Origin: Eledone cirrhosa | Taxonomy: Eukaryota | Length of the DNA: 64,000 bases | Direction of reading: 5' to 3' | Assembly (NCBI GenBank): GCA_964016885.1 | Contig: OZ024741.1 | Location: 348,874,001-348,938,000, forward strand | Part shown: piece after piece, positions 13,981 to 26,732 of the stretch | Layout: every line of letters starts with the position of its first letter | How positions within the stretch are numbered: position 1 is the stretch's first letter | The notes under the pieces: model-generated | What the model saw: only the letters and a program-made list of their open reading frames with translations | Database searches by the model: none | Told to the model about the DNA's origin: nothing | Position numbers and translations under genes: made by a program

Positions 13981-14819
13981 TGAATGTGAGAACAGGATGA
14001 AATGAAAAAACATGAGCGTTTTCAATCAACCATTTTGAAGATTGGACATATATATGTGTGTGTGTGTGTATTTGTGTGTGTTTATATATATATATATATA
14101 TATATACTGTATATATATATATATATGTGCGTGTGTGTGTGTTTATATATATATATATATATATTGCTGTTTCTTTAATATGTACGCACATACAATATGC
14201 GCATGTTCACACAATCTGTTTCCTATCTCAGTCATTTTACTACAATAAACATTTCGCTTTCCAGCCTTAGTGTCATTGGTTCTATCCCTACATTTACTTT
14301 TGTAAATAAATATTTCTCCAAATTTATTTATTTTCAATCTTTTATGTCATATGTCGAACATTCACGTAATTATATCCTAGAAATATATTATCAAACTTTG
14401 ATTCTTATATTAATCTCAATCACCTCTTAATAATCAAAACTATATATAGGGTTTCTCATTTGCACACTATTAATTTATCAAAACGCAAATTTCTCAGTTT
14501 GTATGATAGTTCATATTTCCAATAAACCTATGATATATGGCAAATTAATTCTGGACTACAAACATTTTGTACCTTTACCACTATTGCTAACATTATATAC
14601 GACAGGGGTTCATTTATATATGTATAATCTGTAGTTCTGAGAACATCCGAATGTTAGAGATCTAGATCTCTCTTAAAATTTAGAAAATGTGTATTTATAT
14701 ATTCATATAATTACTTGTGTTTCATATTGTCTAAGAGTGTAGCTCTCTCGGTTGGTTTTCTTTGTTTGGTCGAATACATTTTTGATTTCTTTATAACGGA
14801 TTTCAATTAACATGTCTGA

Positions 14820-15090
14820 TCAATGCGAATAGCTTGGAGTGCTGTGTATGGTTAGCTTTTTTCGTAGTTCCATATTTTTAGTGCAGTTGTAGACGAACTT
14901 CACACGATGTCTGTTAAATAGTTTACAAGAACTGTGATTAAAGGAAAAGTGCTTATCTATGGCGGTAAGGAGTGTTTTGCCTGTATACATATTCTCTTCC
15001 ACTGCTCCAAGCCAAACATATTCACTTCTATACTCAAGTCCACGCATATTCACATAACGCCCCAAGCTCTGGGCAATCACAGTCACTACT
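14820..15090 (-). pseudogene. Naiad-type PLE fragment
   Basis: TGKTLLTAIDKHF..KLFNRHRVKFVYNCTKNM resembles IGKIFFRLIEKHF..IINKNTIKLSYSTTPNF of 58460-58987. Confidence 0.65.
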
Positions 15091-15710
15091 CACAGCCATA
15101 CATATTCACTGCTACTGATCAAAACTATAAGCATTCACCAACACTGTTCAAAGTCACATTTTAGTTTCATATAATTTTCTAATGTATTCTGATGTCAAAA
15201 GATCACGATATCGTTGTTTCTTTTCTTCCATGACCAATCAGTGATGTATCATCATGTATCAGTAAATTCTGAATTACTTATTCTTAATCACGTTCCATAG
15301 ACACAAACACACTCAGAAACACACGCGCACATACATACACATGCACACACCCACACAAATGTTCATACTGAGAGACAAGTACAAACAGACACACAAAATC
15401 TGACACAAATGCACACACATGTATGCAGACAGAGACACACACACAGCCACATGATAAGGCAAACGCAATAGATATTGTACACATAGCTTCGTTCGTAAAC
15501 AGATGCAAATAAGCAGACACACAAAAAGATATGCACTCATCCACTCACATATATTCACATATATACACATATATACACATAGACATCGACATGCCTAGAT
15601 AATCAGGAACATACTGAGGCGCATAAATAAGCGCTCTCGGATGCATGCATACATATAACTGTATATATTCTTCCCCAACAGCACACGTGCCCATACATAT
15701 ACTTTCATAG

Positions 15711-15794
<84 letters not shown>

Positions 15795-15798
<4 letters not shown>

Positions 15799-15983
15799 AA
15801 GTATGACCCCGACGGCAGAGCTTAAGCCGTTTCGTCGGCTATTTCTGGACTCAGAAATAGCCGTCGAAACGGCTTGAGTTCTGCCGTCGGGGTCATACTT
15901 TTTCCTATTACCCACTCTACTACCCTAAGTATTAAGTACTCTGGTGTGTTATGGTCCATATGGTTCCTTACCACAATTCCTTC

Positions 15984-15988
<5 letters not shown>
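15795..15988 (+). mobile_element. Fold-back mini-copy of the Naiad pLTR 3' end in (TA)n
   Basis: Homologous to ~62555-62692; 15795-15847 is inverted relative to ~15852-15904; keeps only the GAAA-CGGC..GCCG-TC half of the HHR. Confidence 0.85.
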
Positions 15989-16060
<72 letters not shown>

Positions 16061-16213
16061 ATAATAATCTGTTATTTGTTACCATGTATATACACTCGTA
16101 TTCATACATAACTGCCCACAAGCACATATTCACAAACGTGCATAATATCATTTGTTTCTCTCCATCACTGACTTGTTATGTAAATGTAGATTTTACCCTT
16201 CTTCTTCTTCTTC

Positions 16214-16278
<65 letters not shown>

Positions 16279-16486
16279 GGCGACCTACGTAGTAAATCGT
16301 ATCATCGTGAGCTCCGCAAAGGTTTGTTATTTCCGTTTGTTAAAAATTGCCATTTATGGAAAATTTTATTGTTAACTGTTTATAAGCACACATACATTGT
16401 TTTCCGAAAAGGACACCCAAACAAATTGGGGCCTTGTGCCCAAAATTTTAACTTTTATTATTATCAAAAAATTTCTTTGAAAAAAA

Positions 16487-18480
16487 ATGGCTAATTCACC
16501 TCTGCAACAAGCAGCTGAAAGCCTTCCTCACAAATTAACACCTCACACCGACACCACCATTGTAAATGTTACTACGTTTGCCAACACAAAAAAAAATATA
16601 AGCAGTAGCAATATTTTAAATTTGTCTCAGGCAGACATTCATTTCCCGCCATTACCAATGACTGCAGGTGTTAAAGCCTCCACCACCAACACCACCGCGA
16701 CAACCACCACCACCACCACCACCACCGCGACAACAGAAACAAAAGAAGAAAAAAATAAATTAACTCGTGATGTCGAAATGAAATCAAGCAAAATGGACTC
16801 TGCCCCACCAAAGACGACTGACGTCACCACCACCACAACTAAAACTAAAATTAATATTAACGATAGCAACAACAACAACAATGACATTATAAAACCGACC
16901 CTCAGTTTCGCCAGAGTAGCAAAACAATTCGAAGCTTGTACGGTAACTCAGGAGGATTTAGAAAATGCCAAACAAATGGTAAAGAAAGATGGGTACAGGG
17001 TCAGCCTCACCCCCCCCCCCCACCTAATAAAATGGAGCATCGGCGCCTATGCACCGTGTCGTATAGAACAATAAATGTAAAATCGCGCCGAGTGGAACGG
17101 GCATCCGAGTCCCAAATCCAAAAAGCTTTGGGACATGTGTGGGCAAGAAAAACCCACATCAGACGTGGGCAAAAGTATGGAACCGTGGACGTGTTCTTTG
17201 AAACACCAGAGGAGGCTAGAGAACACTCCATGGCCTCATTAAAAAGTGACGACTTCACACTCGTCCTAAGCTATTGTGGCCAGAGACTCGTAAAGATCAG
17301 GATGACCCACGTTCCACCGGCCATCGAAATTCCCTGGCTAATAGCGGCCGTCCTCGCCGGCATCGAAGCCAACACGAAAATAATAGCAGTAGCAAAAGAA
17401 AAGCAGGAAAACTGGTCCGGATCTGGGATGGAGCTCCTGATCCAAGCGGACCAAAAAAGCATTGAGGAGATCCCAGAGGTAATAGACCTCACTGACGGCA
17501 GCCACCTCACGGTAATTGTCGAGGGCAGAAGACCTAGGTGTGTCGTTTGTGGTGAAGGAACCCACCTACGGGCTTTCTGCCCTCAGGCTAAAAGGTTGAG
17601 GCCACCTCTCCTACCCACCCCAGTGACACAACCATCAACACCACCAGTAGCAGAGATGGCAGCAACAACTGTAGCAGCAACAACAGAAGCAACTATAACA
17701 GCAACAACCCCAGCAACAGTAGCAAAACCAACGCCACCATCACCACCAGCAAAACCAACACCACCACCACCCAACGCTTCAGAACTAGCACCAGCGCCTA
17801 CACCATCCACCACGCCACAACCAAAACTAACGGCTGTGGAGGATTTTCCACTCCCCGGCCTATCACAACTGGAGACAGATTGTGACGACGAGGAGTGGGA
17901 AACGATATCCGGAAAAAAAAAAAGAAACCAAAAAAGAAAAAATTCTCTTCCTTTCCCCTCCAAAAACAAAATACAGAGGGAAACAAATAAATTAAGAAAC
18001 AAAAAAGTTAGGACAGATATGCCATCATCCACACCAGCATCACCAACCCCATCAACCCAAACACCAACACCATCACCATCATTAACCCCAACACCACCAT
18101 CACCTACACCACAAAAGTCACCAAAATGCGAAACAGAAACAAACCCACAACAAACGCAAACAAAACAAAACAACCAAAACGATACACACTACACAGCATT
18201 AAATTTGAACAACAAGCAATTATTACACTACATCCAACACAACACCAGCATCACAGAAAAAGATTACACAACAACCCCAAAATTCACACCACCTCCACAC
18301 ATACAAATCACTCGCATCACACAGAAAACGTACATGACACTAAAACAAAAATTCCCCAAAGACATCGGAGACTTCCGACAAGCACACTCCAGGAGGATTT
18401 ATAAGGACATCCTTCCTGAGGAGGCCACAAGCAGTGAAAAGGATGGAAAAACCGTCCTTCCCCTACGAGAAGTAAGGTAA
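16487..18480 (+). CDS. Tx1-type ORF1 (gag-like, CCHC zinc knuckle), split by a frameshift in a C12 run
   Basis: ORFs 16487-17074 and 16936-18480 join at the C run 17010-17021; knuckle CVVCGEGTHLRAFC; Pro/Thr-rich and basic C-terminus. Confidence 0.8.
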
Positions 18481-18514
18481 GTGGTCTTTCCCATCTTTTC
18501 CACTCCTTTTCAAC

Positions 18515-21500
18515 ATGACCTCACTCAGAATAGGCAGCATAAATGCGCGTGGCTTGGGGTCGTCATGGAAGCAGGGCCACCTGCTCAACGACCTCAGGTC
18601 ACTATACATAGATGTAGTGGCCATCAGCGAGACCAGAATCTCCGAAGCACAGGCTTTCGCACCGATCTGCGGCGGTTACGATGTGTACGCATCTCCCAGC
18701 CGTCCGGGATCGGGGGGAGGAGTTGCTGTGCTTTTTCGGAGAGGTTTGGATCTTGCCATACGGGCCATCTTCCTGGACCCAGAAGGTAAGTTGGTGGTGC
18801 TGGACGTGACCATCGGAGACGGCCAAGCTTTCAGGTTAGTGGCCGTCTATGCCCCGACAGGAGCAGGGCGGCCTGATTTCTTCCGGCGTCTGGAGACCTT
18901 TCTTGGAACGTCCCGCCTTTTAGTGTTAGTGGGCGACTGGAACGGGATCTTAGATGCACGCTGGGATTGTGTGGGATTAGTGGATAGGGAAGGAGGGTGC
19001 AAGAGTCTCACCAACCTGCTCAGACGTTTTGAACTGTCTGACAGGTACCGAATGGATTTCCCGAATGTACCAATGTGGACTTGGACAAATCGCATAGGGT
19101 CATCCAGATCATATCTAGATAGAATATTTTGTAGGGAAATAGATAGGTCTAGCATAGGCTGTCCACAATTCAAGATAGTCAGCTACACGGACCACAAATT
19201 CGTGATCTGTGTGCTTGACTTAGATAGGCTTCATAGACGAGGACCCGGCTACTGGAAGCTAAACGCGTCCTTACCAGCGCGCAAGGCCTACAGAGACCGG
19301 ATTAGCGAACTAGTTAAGCGGGCGTTGACGGGGGCCATCGTCAACAACAAGTGGTGGTTTGCTCTGAAAAGAGCAATTAGAATAGAGTCCATTAGGTTTA
19401 GTAAGACTTTAGCAATAGAGAAAAATAGAGCAGAGGGAGAATTAGTTAGAAAATTAGATGAGGCGCTTAGCAAAGGCATCGCGACCGACGTACTTGCGGC
19501 GAAATTGGCCCTTGACCAATTCTTCAATGCAAAGCACGAAGGCTGCGTTGTCAGAGCTAGGGTGCGTGCTCTCAGACACGAGGGGACGAAAGCCGTTCAA
19601 TGGGCCCGAGTGGCGGAGGCGCGTCGTGGCAACAAAGCCACGATCCGGTCTTTGGTGGACCACGACGGGCGCATGCTACTCGATCCCGGGCAAATGTGTG
19701 AAGCTTTTCAGCGACACTTCGCTCAACTGTTCGGGGGCAGTGGCGGGCCGGATCGAGGGATGGACTTTAGTGTCTACCTCGACGGACTGCCGCGGCTTTC
19801 GGCCACTGAGGCGGAGTGTTGCGAAAAGCCGATAACAACCGCTGAAGTACGGGATGCAATGACTAGTTGCACAGGGGGTAAATCGCCTGGTTTGGATGGT
19901 CTGCCCTATGAACTTTACGTACAAATGCCAAACTTGTTCGGAGGCCTCTTGGCGGACGTCTACTGCAACTGGCAACAGAACGGGAGAATTCCCAGCTCTG
20001 TGAGCCGAGGAGTGGTGGCGCTGCTGAGAAAGGATCCGAACAAGGGGGATAACATAGATAATTTTAGGCCCATAACTCTGCTAAACACAGAGTTCAAGAT
20101 TTTGGCCAAGGTGCTAGCAAAGAGGTTGGCGCTTGTCGTTGGTGGTCTGGTGGGAGAGGCACAGACATGCGCCATTCCCGACAGATCCATCCACGACAAC
20201 CTCCACCTCATGCGATACATCGTAGAGAGGGTAGCTAGGGAACCTGGCACGGGTGGGTCTTTGATCAATTTAGATCAGTCGAAAGCCTTCGATAGGGTCG
20301 ACCATCGTTACCTAGCGGCAGTCCTGAGGGCGGCTGGCTTTGGGCCCGTCTTCAGAGGCTGGATCGCTGCCATGCACAGTGACATCTGCTCTGTAGTGAG
20401 AGTGAACGGTCACCTTGCGGAACCGTTCAACATCATGCGCTCGGTCCGCCAAGGATGTCCCCTCTCGTCCCTATTGTACGTATTGACTCTCGAGCCATTA
20501 CTGCACAAACTGAAGACGTTGAGGGGGGTCCCGCGCGAACTAGGATGCGGAAGATCCGTGTCAGCATATGCCGACGATGTCACCGTAGTGGTGTCGAACG
20601 CCAAACACATCGAGGCGATCGGCACTACACTAAGAGAATACGAAGCGGTGACAGGAGCAATGATCAACCAGGAAAAGTCAGTGGGCCTGCAGCTCGGCAC
20701 CAGGAGAGGCAGGTCCATGCCGTCCAACAGCGTCGTCGGGCGCTGGACGGACGGACCGGTTAAATTGCTAGGGGTCTGGTTCGGTCCAGACCTCCAGACG
20801 AACAAAATCTGGGACGAGGTGACGAGCAGGGTGGCTTCTCTCACCCAGAAATCGGCCGAGAGGAAGCTATCCCTGAAAGGTCGAGCGGAGGTGGCGAATG
20901 CGTACATCGCATCCGTCATCTACTACCGCCTGACCGTCGTACCTTGTCCTAAGCCCCGCCTGACTGCGCTGGAACGTTTGCTCTTTCGCTTCTTGTGGAA
21001 GGGACGCGCTCCGATGGTCAGGCGGTCCATCTGCTGTCAACACCCGCTACATGGAGGGCTGGGCATGCCGTGGCTGATGATGCGCAGGCACGCGCTCAGG
21101 CTACGACATCTCCACCTCTTCCTCGACGGTGATCAGGTGTGGTCGCCGTTTGCAAGACACGTTTTTCCTCAGCTCGTCTCCTTGACGGAGCTGCAGTCCT
21201 GGGTCAAGCGAATACCGAGAGGGAGCGCTTGGAGACTGGAATGTCTTCAGGCGCTCACAGCCCTCGACCAATCGGGCAATGTGATCGGTGGAAACTCCAC
21301 CTTGGCGTTCTATAGGGGATTAGTGGAGGGGAAGAGCGACGATGTACTTGGAGAAACTCTAGGCGTCGACGAAAATCAACTAGCCAATCTCTTCGGAAGG
21401 ACTTTCGGGCCGGGGCCTATGGACAACTTCCAGAAATCCCTGGCCTGGCAGTGCTACCGAGGAGCTTTGCCAGTTCGGGATAAACTCTACAGGCATGGAG

Positions 21501-21934
21501 GTGCCGTCAGCCGGGCATGTCCGAGATGCGCGCAGGGCGACGAAACCGTCCTGCACGCACTCGTCCAGTGTCCGAGCATTGCTGACTTGTGGGTTTATGT
21601 CGAACACCTGCTGTCACGTGTAGGACGGATCCAGCTATCAGCTGAGTCCATCGTGAGGATTGCCCCGCCCCCTTCCTTTAGCCTGGAAGGGCAGGCAGTT
21701 TTTATCTGTCTGGTGGCCATGGCGAAAGAGATAGTATGGTGGACACGTTTGAAAGGGCTGAAGACGAGCACTTACCTCTTCGGTGATGCTCTGATTAACT
21801 TTTTCAAATTTCATTTGAAAAGGAAAATCAGGGTAGAGAGGGAAGTGCTCTCTTCCCAGCATTTTGTTGAAAGATGGGTGAGAGAAGCAAGTATGGCCCG
21901 AATGAATGGGCCTTCTCTGAGTATGTGTCTGTAA
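18515..21934 (+). CDS. LINE ORF2: AP endonuclease + reverse transcriptase + C-terminal Zn finger, intact (1139 aa)
   Basis: SINARGL, ISET, GDWN, SYLDRIF, YTDH; GPGYWKLN; KSPGLDG, NFRPITLLN, LDQSKAFDRV, RQGCPLS, AYADD; CPRC..ETVLHALVQC. Confidence 0.95.
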   Translation: MTSLRIGSINARGLGSSWKQGHLLNDLRSLYIDVVAISETRISEAQAFAPICGGYDVYASPSRPGSGGGVAVLFRRGLDLAIRAIFLDPEGKLVVLDVTIGDGQAFRLVAVYAPTGAGRPDFFRRLETFLGTSRLLVLVGDWNGILDARWDCVGLVDREGGCKSLTNLLRRFELSDRYRMDFPNVPMWTWTNRIGSSRSYLDRIFCREIDRSSIGCPQFKIVSYTDHKFVICVLDLDRLHRRGPGYWKLNASLPARKAYRDRISELVKRALTGAIVNNKWWFALKRAIRIESIRFSKTLAIEKNRAEGELVRKLDEALSKGIATDVLAAKLALDQFFNAKHEGCVVRARVRALRHEGTKAVQWARVAEARRGNKATIRSLVDHDGRMLLDPGQMCEAFQRHFAQLFGGSGGPDRGMDFSVYLDGLPRLSATEAECCEKPITTAEVRDAMTSCTGGKSPGLDGLPYELYVQMPNLFGGLLADVYCNWQQNGRIPSSVSRGVVALLRKDPNKGDNIDNFRPITLLNTEFKILAKVLAKRLALVVGGLVGEAQTCAIPDRSIHDNLHLMRYIVERVAREPGTGGSLINLDQSKAFDRVDHRYLAAVLRAAGFGPVFRGWIAAMHSDICSVVRVNGHLAEPFNIMRSVRQGCPLSSLLYVLTLEPLLHKLKTLRGVPRELGCGRSVSAYADDVTVVVSNAKHIEAIGTTLREYEAVTGAMINQEKSVGLQLGTRRGRSMPSNSVVGRWTDGPVKLLGVWFGPDLQTNKIWDEVTSRVASLTQKSAERKLSLKGRAEVANAYIASVIYYRLTVVPCPKPRLTALERLLFRFLWKGRAPMVRRSICCQHPLHGGLGMPWLMMRRHALRLRHLHLFLDGDQVWSPFARHVFPQLVSLTELQSWVKRIPRGSAWRLECLQALTALDQSGNVIGGNSTLAFYRGLVEGKSDDVLGETLGVDENQLANLFGRTFGPGPMDNFQKSLAWQCYRGALPVRDKLYRHGGAVSRACPRCAQGDETVLHALVQCPSIADLWVYVEHLLSRVGRIQLSAESIVRIAPPPSFSLEGQAVFICLVAMAKEIVWWTRLKGLKTSTYLFGDALINFFKFHLKRKIRVEREVLSSQHFVERWVREASMARMNGPSLSMCL

Positions 21935-22177
21935 ATTAAAGGTGGAAAACTAGGAGAGGGCACTTGCCCTGGTGGTCAGGGCCACTGTGGTCTTTTAATG
22001 GGCTTTCTCCACAAATGTCCCTTGGAAGTCTCCCCCCTATTGGGGAATTTTTCTTTGTTATTTTATTTCAACCTCTGTTTTTTTTACACGCAGAAATGCC
22101 CATTTGTACCGTCCTGTATTGTCCTGTACTGTCCTTAATGTCTACTTTATGTGAACCCTTGTGGTTAATAAAGAAAA

Positions 22178-22229
<52 letters not shown>

Positions 22230-23329
22230 TTCCTATCCTTCTTTTTGGCATACTCCTTAAACCGATCGATTGAATGCCAATTGCTATTTAGTGTTCATTT
22301 TGAGTTCAAATTCACCTGAGGCCAACTTTTCCTTATTGTTGCATACGTGATCTCAGAATATACAGTATCACAAAGTACTCTAGTCAATATTATCAACAAC
22401 CCCCACCGACCTCCAAAATATGTGTTTCGGGCCGATATAGAAACACAGCATTGTTTTCATATGTTATATTTGGTACAGTACCAAACATTTTTGGAAAGAT
22501 TATACTTGATTAAATTAGCCCCCAGTCCCCATCTGATAACAAAAGTTATCAAATGGGTGGATATGATTGAGTATCAGTAGGTTACTGGGGCTGGTTTAAT
22601 CGACTATGTTTAGTGGTTCTGAGAATCTAACGACAAAGAAGGCTAAAATTATCATTAGATTGCTTCTACTACAATCAAATTCTGCCTCATTCCGGGATAA
22701 AATTGAGTTGGACTCAAGATTTGAGGTCGTTTTAAGAGAAAAGCTCAACATCTAAGGATTATTAAATAGAGTACCACAAAATTAGTTCAAGGGACACAAT
22801 ATAATTTTCCGCTATTTTGTTTTCTTTTTCTCTTTCAGTGGCCATACTCATAAGTGGTATTATAAATATACATGGTCTGCGATCAAAGTTGATGCTGCAA
22901 TATCTGTTCACAGACCTCAAGGCACAACGACAGGTTGTGATATAAATTAGAGAGACGAGGATTTCTGGGATACGCACGCCTGCACTGCTCCTAATCGACT
23001 AGTTTCTTTCGGTGAGCCCGGTTCGAGATAATTAGTAATACTCTTCATGAATCTAGAGATAACAATGGTTTTCCTGAACCAGGGACTTATATTAGCGAGG
23101 GATATAAGTCCCTGGTTCTCAGATTAGTGGAAATGTATGCCTATACAGTCATGCAGTGCGGGACTTCTTTAGATGTCTACATACATACATACATACATAC
23201 ATACATACATACATACATACATACATACATACATACATACATACATACATACATACATGTGACGACAAGTGCAGAGAGATCTCCAGATACAATGCAATGC
23301 CTGCGCCGTGAAGCTTTTATAAGGAGCAT

Positions 23330-23930
23330 ACATGCATACAAGTGCAGACTCTGCAGAATTAACATCGAAGATGTCACCCATGTCATAAGCAGCTGTCCAA
23401 TGATGTCTTGGCGGTACTATCTACTATGAGGCATGATGTATTGGCCAAAACACTGTACAATGCAATCCATAGAAAAGATGACAAACACATTAAAAGCTAC
23501 AGCAATGTGGAAGACATACATATACATAATGTGAAAGAGTACTAGTGGAATGTTCCAATAAAAATCGGAATAAAATGCAGGCATAACAGACCAGATATAA
23601 TGATATGGGTCAAAGAAAAGAAGGCATGCACAGTAGTGGAAGTTAGCTGCCCAGCAGATGCCAATATAATATCAAAGATTAGCGAAAAGGAGAATATTTA
23701 TGCAGAACTAATGAGAAATCTGCTGATACTCCACTCTGACTATACCTTCAGATTTATGCCTGTGATTATTTGGGCACTGGGATATGTTAGTAACCGCCTC
23801 AATACAAATATTGAGAAGCTAGGCTTCACAGAAACAGAAAGAACACAACTAGTTAGGAAATTACAAGTACAATCCGTTAAGGGAACAGTAAAAATATGTA
23901 AAACATTCCAAACATTTTGCATTTAATAAC
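23330..23930 (+). pseudogene. 5'-truncated R4/Dong-type element (CCHC + REL endonuclease)
   Basis: KCRLCRINIEDVTHVISSC, RHD, HNRPDIMIW..VVEVSCP..EKENIY; interrupted by stops. Confidence 0.8.
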
Positions 23931-24246
23931 TGCATATACACATGTACAGATACAAACTGCATATATACATGTACAGACACATGCACACATACAACTCAAA
24001 ATATACACATCCACACATACAATAACATCCATACCTGCACACACATGCATGCATGCATGCATACATATCAACCTAGTTGATGTGCAAATTCCAATGAGAG
24101 AGTATTGTAACTATGTTAGAAACCAGCTCTCTCTCTCTATTGGCAAACATTTGTGAAATTATAAAACCAGAAGAACATACATACATACATACATACATAC
24201 ATACATACATACATACATACATACATACATACATACATACATACAT

Positions 24247-24853
24247 GGTGGCTGCCAACTCGTTTTCGAGTACGGCCACTACTTTATATCCATGTAGGAG
24301 AACTCCTACCGATGCGCTGAACGAGTGTGACTTTTTAGTCCAGCCAGCGACTTGAAAACTCTGATACAAACACTACACTTGTGACAATTATTGACACATT
24401 GTGCTGGGCCCAAGATACCATGTGACGACAAGTGCAGAGAGATCTGAAGATATAAAGCAATGCCTGTGCCGTGAAGCTTTTATAGTGAGCAAAGGCACTG
24501 AACAAAGCCAGTCCCACTCTCTTAACCAAGATGATATTTACCAAAAAGAAGAACAAGTCAACATCATTGAATACCATCAGAGTTGCATGTGTTATATCAG
24601 AGTTTTCCTTCTCCTAGAATTCTGCCTTGACAAAGGCTAAGGGGTCATCTCTCCCGGTGATTGTGGATGGTAATTGACTCTTAATAGCTCCTTTACCCTT
24701 TGACAGGTTTTGTTTTTAGTCCTGCAGGATGTCCAAAGTCACCCTCCTCACCAAGAAACCTTGGTGGGGTTGCCAGTTTAGTCGCCAACGACCCGACCAT
24801 GAAACAGGTTGTACTGGGATACATGTTACCAGTACCACCAACTGGTGACCTGA
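24247..24853 (-). mobile_element. Non-coding RTE-like (bipartite/SINE-like) repeat between (TACA)n tracts
   Basis: Related copies at 26733-27270 and 27388-27760; minus strand has CCCCTTAGCCT..AGGCAG..CTAGGAGAAGGAAAACTCTGA, resembling RTE 5'-UTRs; terminal hairpin GGTGGCTG..CGGCCACT. Confidence 0.55.
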
Positions 24854-24889
24854 CATACATACATACATACATACATACATACATACATA

Positions 24890-26446
24890 CAGAAACAATT
24901 GGACCTCATTACACAATTTTCAACCGACATCAAAATGAAATTTGGTGAGTCCAAGTGTGCATATTTGGCAGTAAAACGTGGAAGAGCTGTGCCCTCCTCT
25001 AGAAATCTAGAGATGAACGGCCTGACAATACAACCTCTGCAGTCAGGGGACAACTACAGATATCTTGGACAGGATGAGAATGTCAGATATGATGGACCCA
25101 TAAATAAGGAGAGAACCAGAACTGAATACCTCAGAAGAGTAAAGAAAATATGGTCATCAGAACTGTCAGCATACAACAAATACATTGCCCACAATACTTA
25201 TGCTGTGCCAATTCTAACACCAACATGTGGCCTACTGAACTGGTCATTGCAAGAACTAAGTGAGATGGATATTAGAACTCGAAAACTTCTCAGTGTTACT
25301 GGGAACTTTAACATCAATGGTGATGTGGATAGTCTATACTTCTCACGCAAGGAAGGTGGCCGGGGTCTAAAATCAATATTAACAACATATGAGACCCGGA
25401 TAGTAACACTGAAGCAACACCTTCAACAGAGGAAAAAGGTTGGCAACCATCTTGCCCAGGTTTATGACCATGAAAAAAGAAATATCATTAGAATAGCGAC
25501 TGATCTGGAGGAGAGATATGGAATAAAGCCTGATAGAAATCTCTCACACAGAGAAATCGGAAGATCCTATTCAATGTTCAAACAAGATAAAAAAATTGAC
25601 CAATTTACAGAAAAAGTTGTGCATGGATACTTGAGGCGTAAAACAGACCATAGAGGGGATAAACCACTCAAAAAGCCTGGCATGGAGTTCCGACAAGTTT
25701 ATGACATCACACCTTGAGGGATACCTCTATGCAATACAGGAACAAGAACTCCCTACCAAATATCTGCTGCACAAAAGAGGAGGGCCAGCAGCTGACAATA
25801 AATGTAGGCTATGTAAAACAAAGATCGAGGATGTAAGCCACATTGTTGCCAGCTGCGAAAGAATGTCATCTCGCTACTACCTCCCCATGAGACACGATGG
25901 GATAGCTAGAACCATCTGGAACGCACTTCGGAAAACAAAATTAACAACAAACGAGGAAGAATATATTGAGACAGATGGCACTAAGGAATACTGGTGGAAC
26001 CTGAAAATAAAAACTGCCACCAAATTAAAGCCTGATATTGTAGTTTGGGACCACACATTGAAAACATGTTCTGTTGTGGAGATCAGCTGCCCACTTGATG
26101 TAAACGTTGTCAGAAAAATACAGGAGAAGGAGGACATCTACGGACCATTGATGAGGAGTTTACAAATCCAGTATTCAAGATACACCTTTAGCTTCATACC
26201 CATCATTATTGGTGCTACGGGTTATATACCAACCCGCTTGGACCAAAGTATGACTGAACTTGGATTTGCGGACAAAAAGCGCAGCTCCCTAATTCATAGT
26301 CTACAAATGGCTGCGATAGCTGGCACCTTCAAAATTTGCAAAACATTCTTGCGATTCAAGGGATGACAATTTCTTTTCTTTTACAACCTTGCCACCAGGA
26401 AGGTGGCCGGTCAAAAAAATATACTCGAAATTAAGAGAAAGAGAAA
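24890..26446 (+). pseudogene. 5'-truncated R4/Dong-type retrotransposon (RT C-terminus + REL) in (TACA)n
   Basis: FSTDIKMKFGESKC, YRYLG, LYFSRKEGGRGL; AIQEQ, CRLC..HIVASC, RHD, KPDIVVWD..EISCP; one frameshift ~25650-25700; last ~200 nt repeated at 26490-26680. Confidence 0.88.
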
Positions 26447-26732
26447 ACATACATACATACATACCAGCCCGCTAGGACCAAATTATAACTGAACCTGGAT
26501 TTGTGGGCAAAGAACACAGCTCCCTAATTCATAGACTACAAATGGCTGCGATAGCTGGCATCTTCAAAATTTGGAAAATATTCTTGCTATTCAAGTGATG
26601 AAAATTTCTTTTCTTTTACAACCTTGCCACCAGGATGATGGCCGGAGAAAAATGTACTCGAAACTAAAAGAAAGAGAAACATGCACACACACATAGAAAC
26701 ATATATACATACACATATACAAACATACATAC

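Larger units (their letters stand above)
16279..22179 (+). mobile_element. Full-length L1-clade/Tx1-type LINE inserted in (TTA)n
   Basis: 5' UTR, ORF1, ORF2, 3' UTR with AATAAA (~22167); (ATT)n on both sides. Confidence 0.93.
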
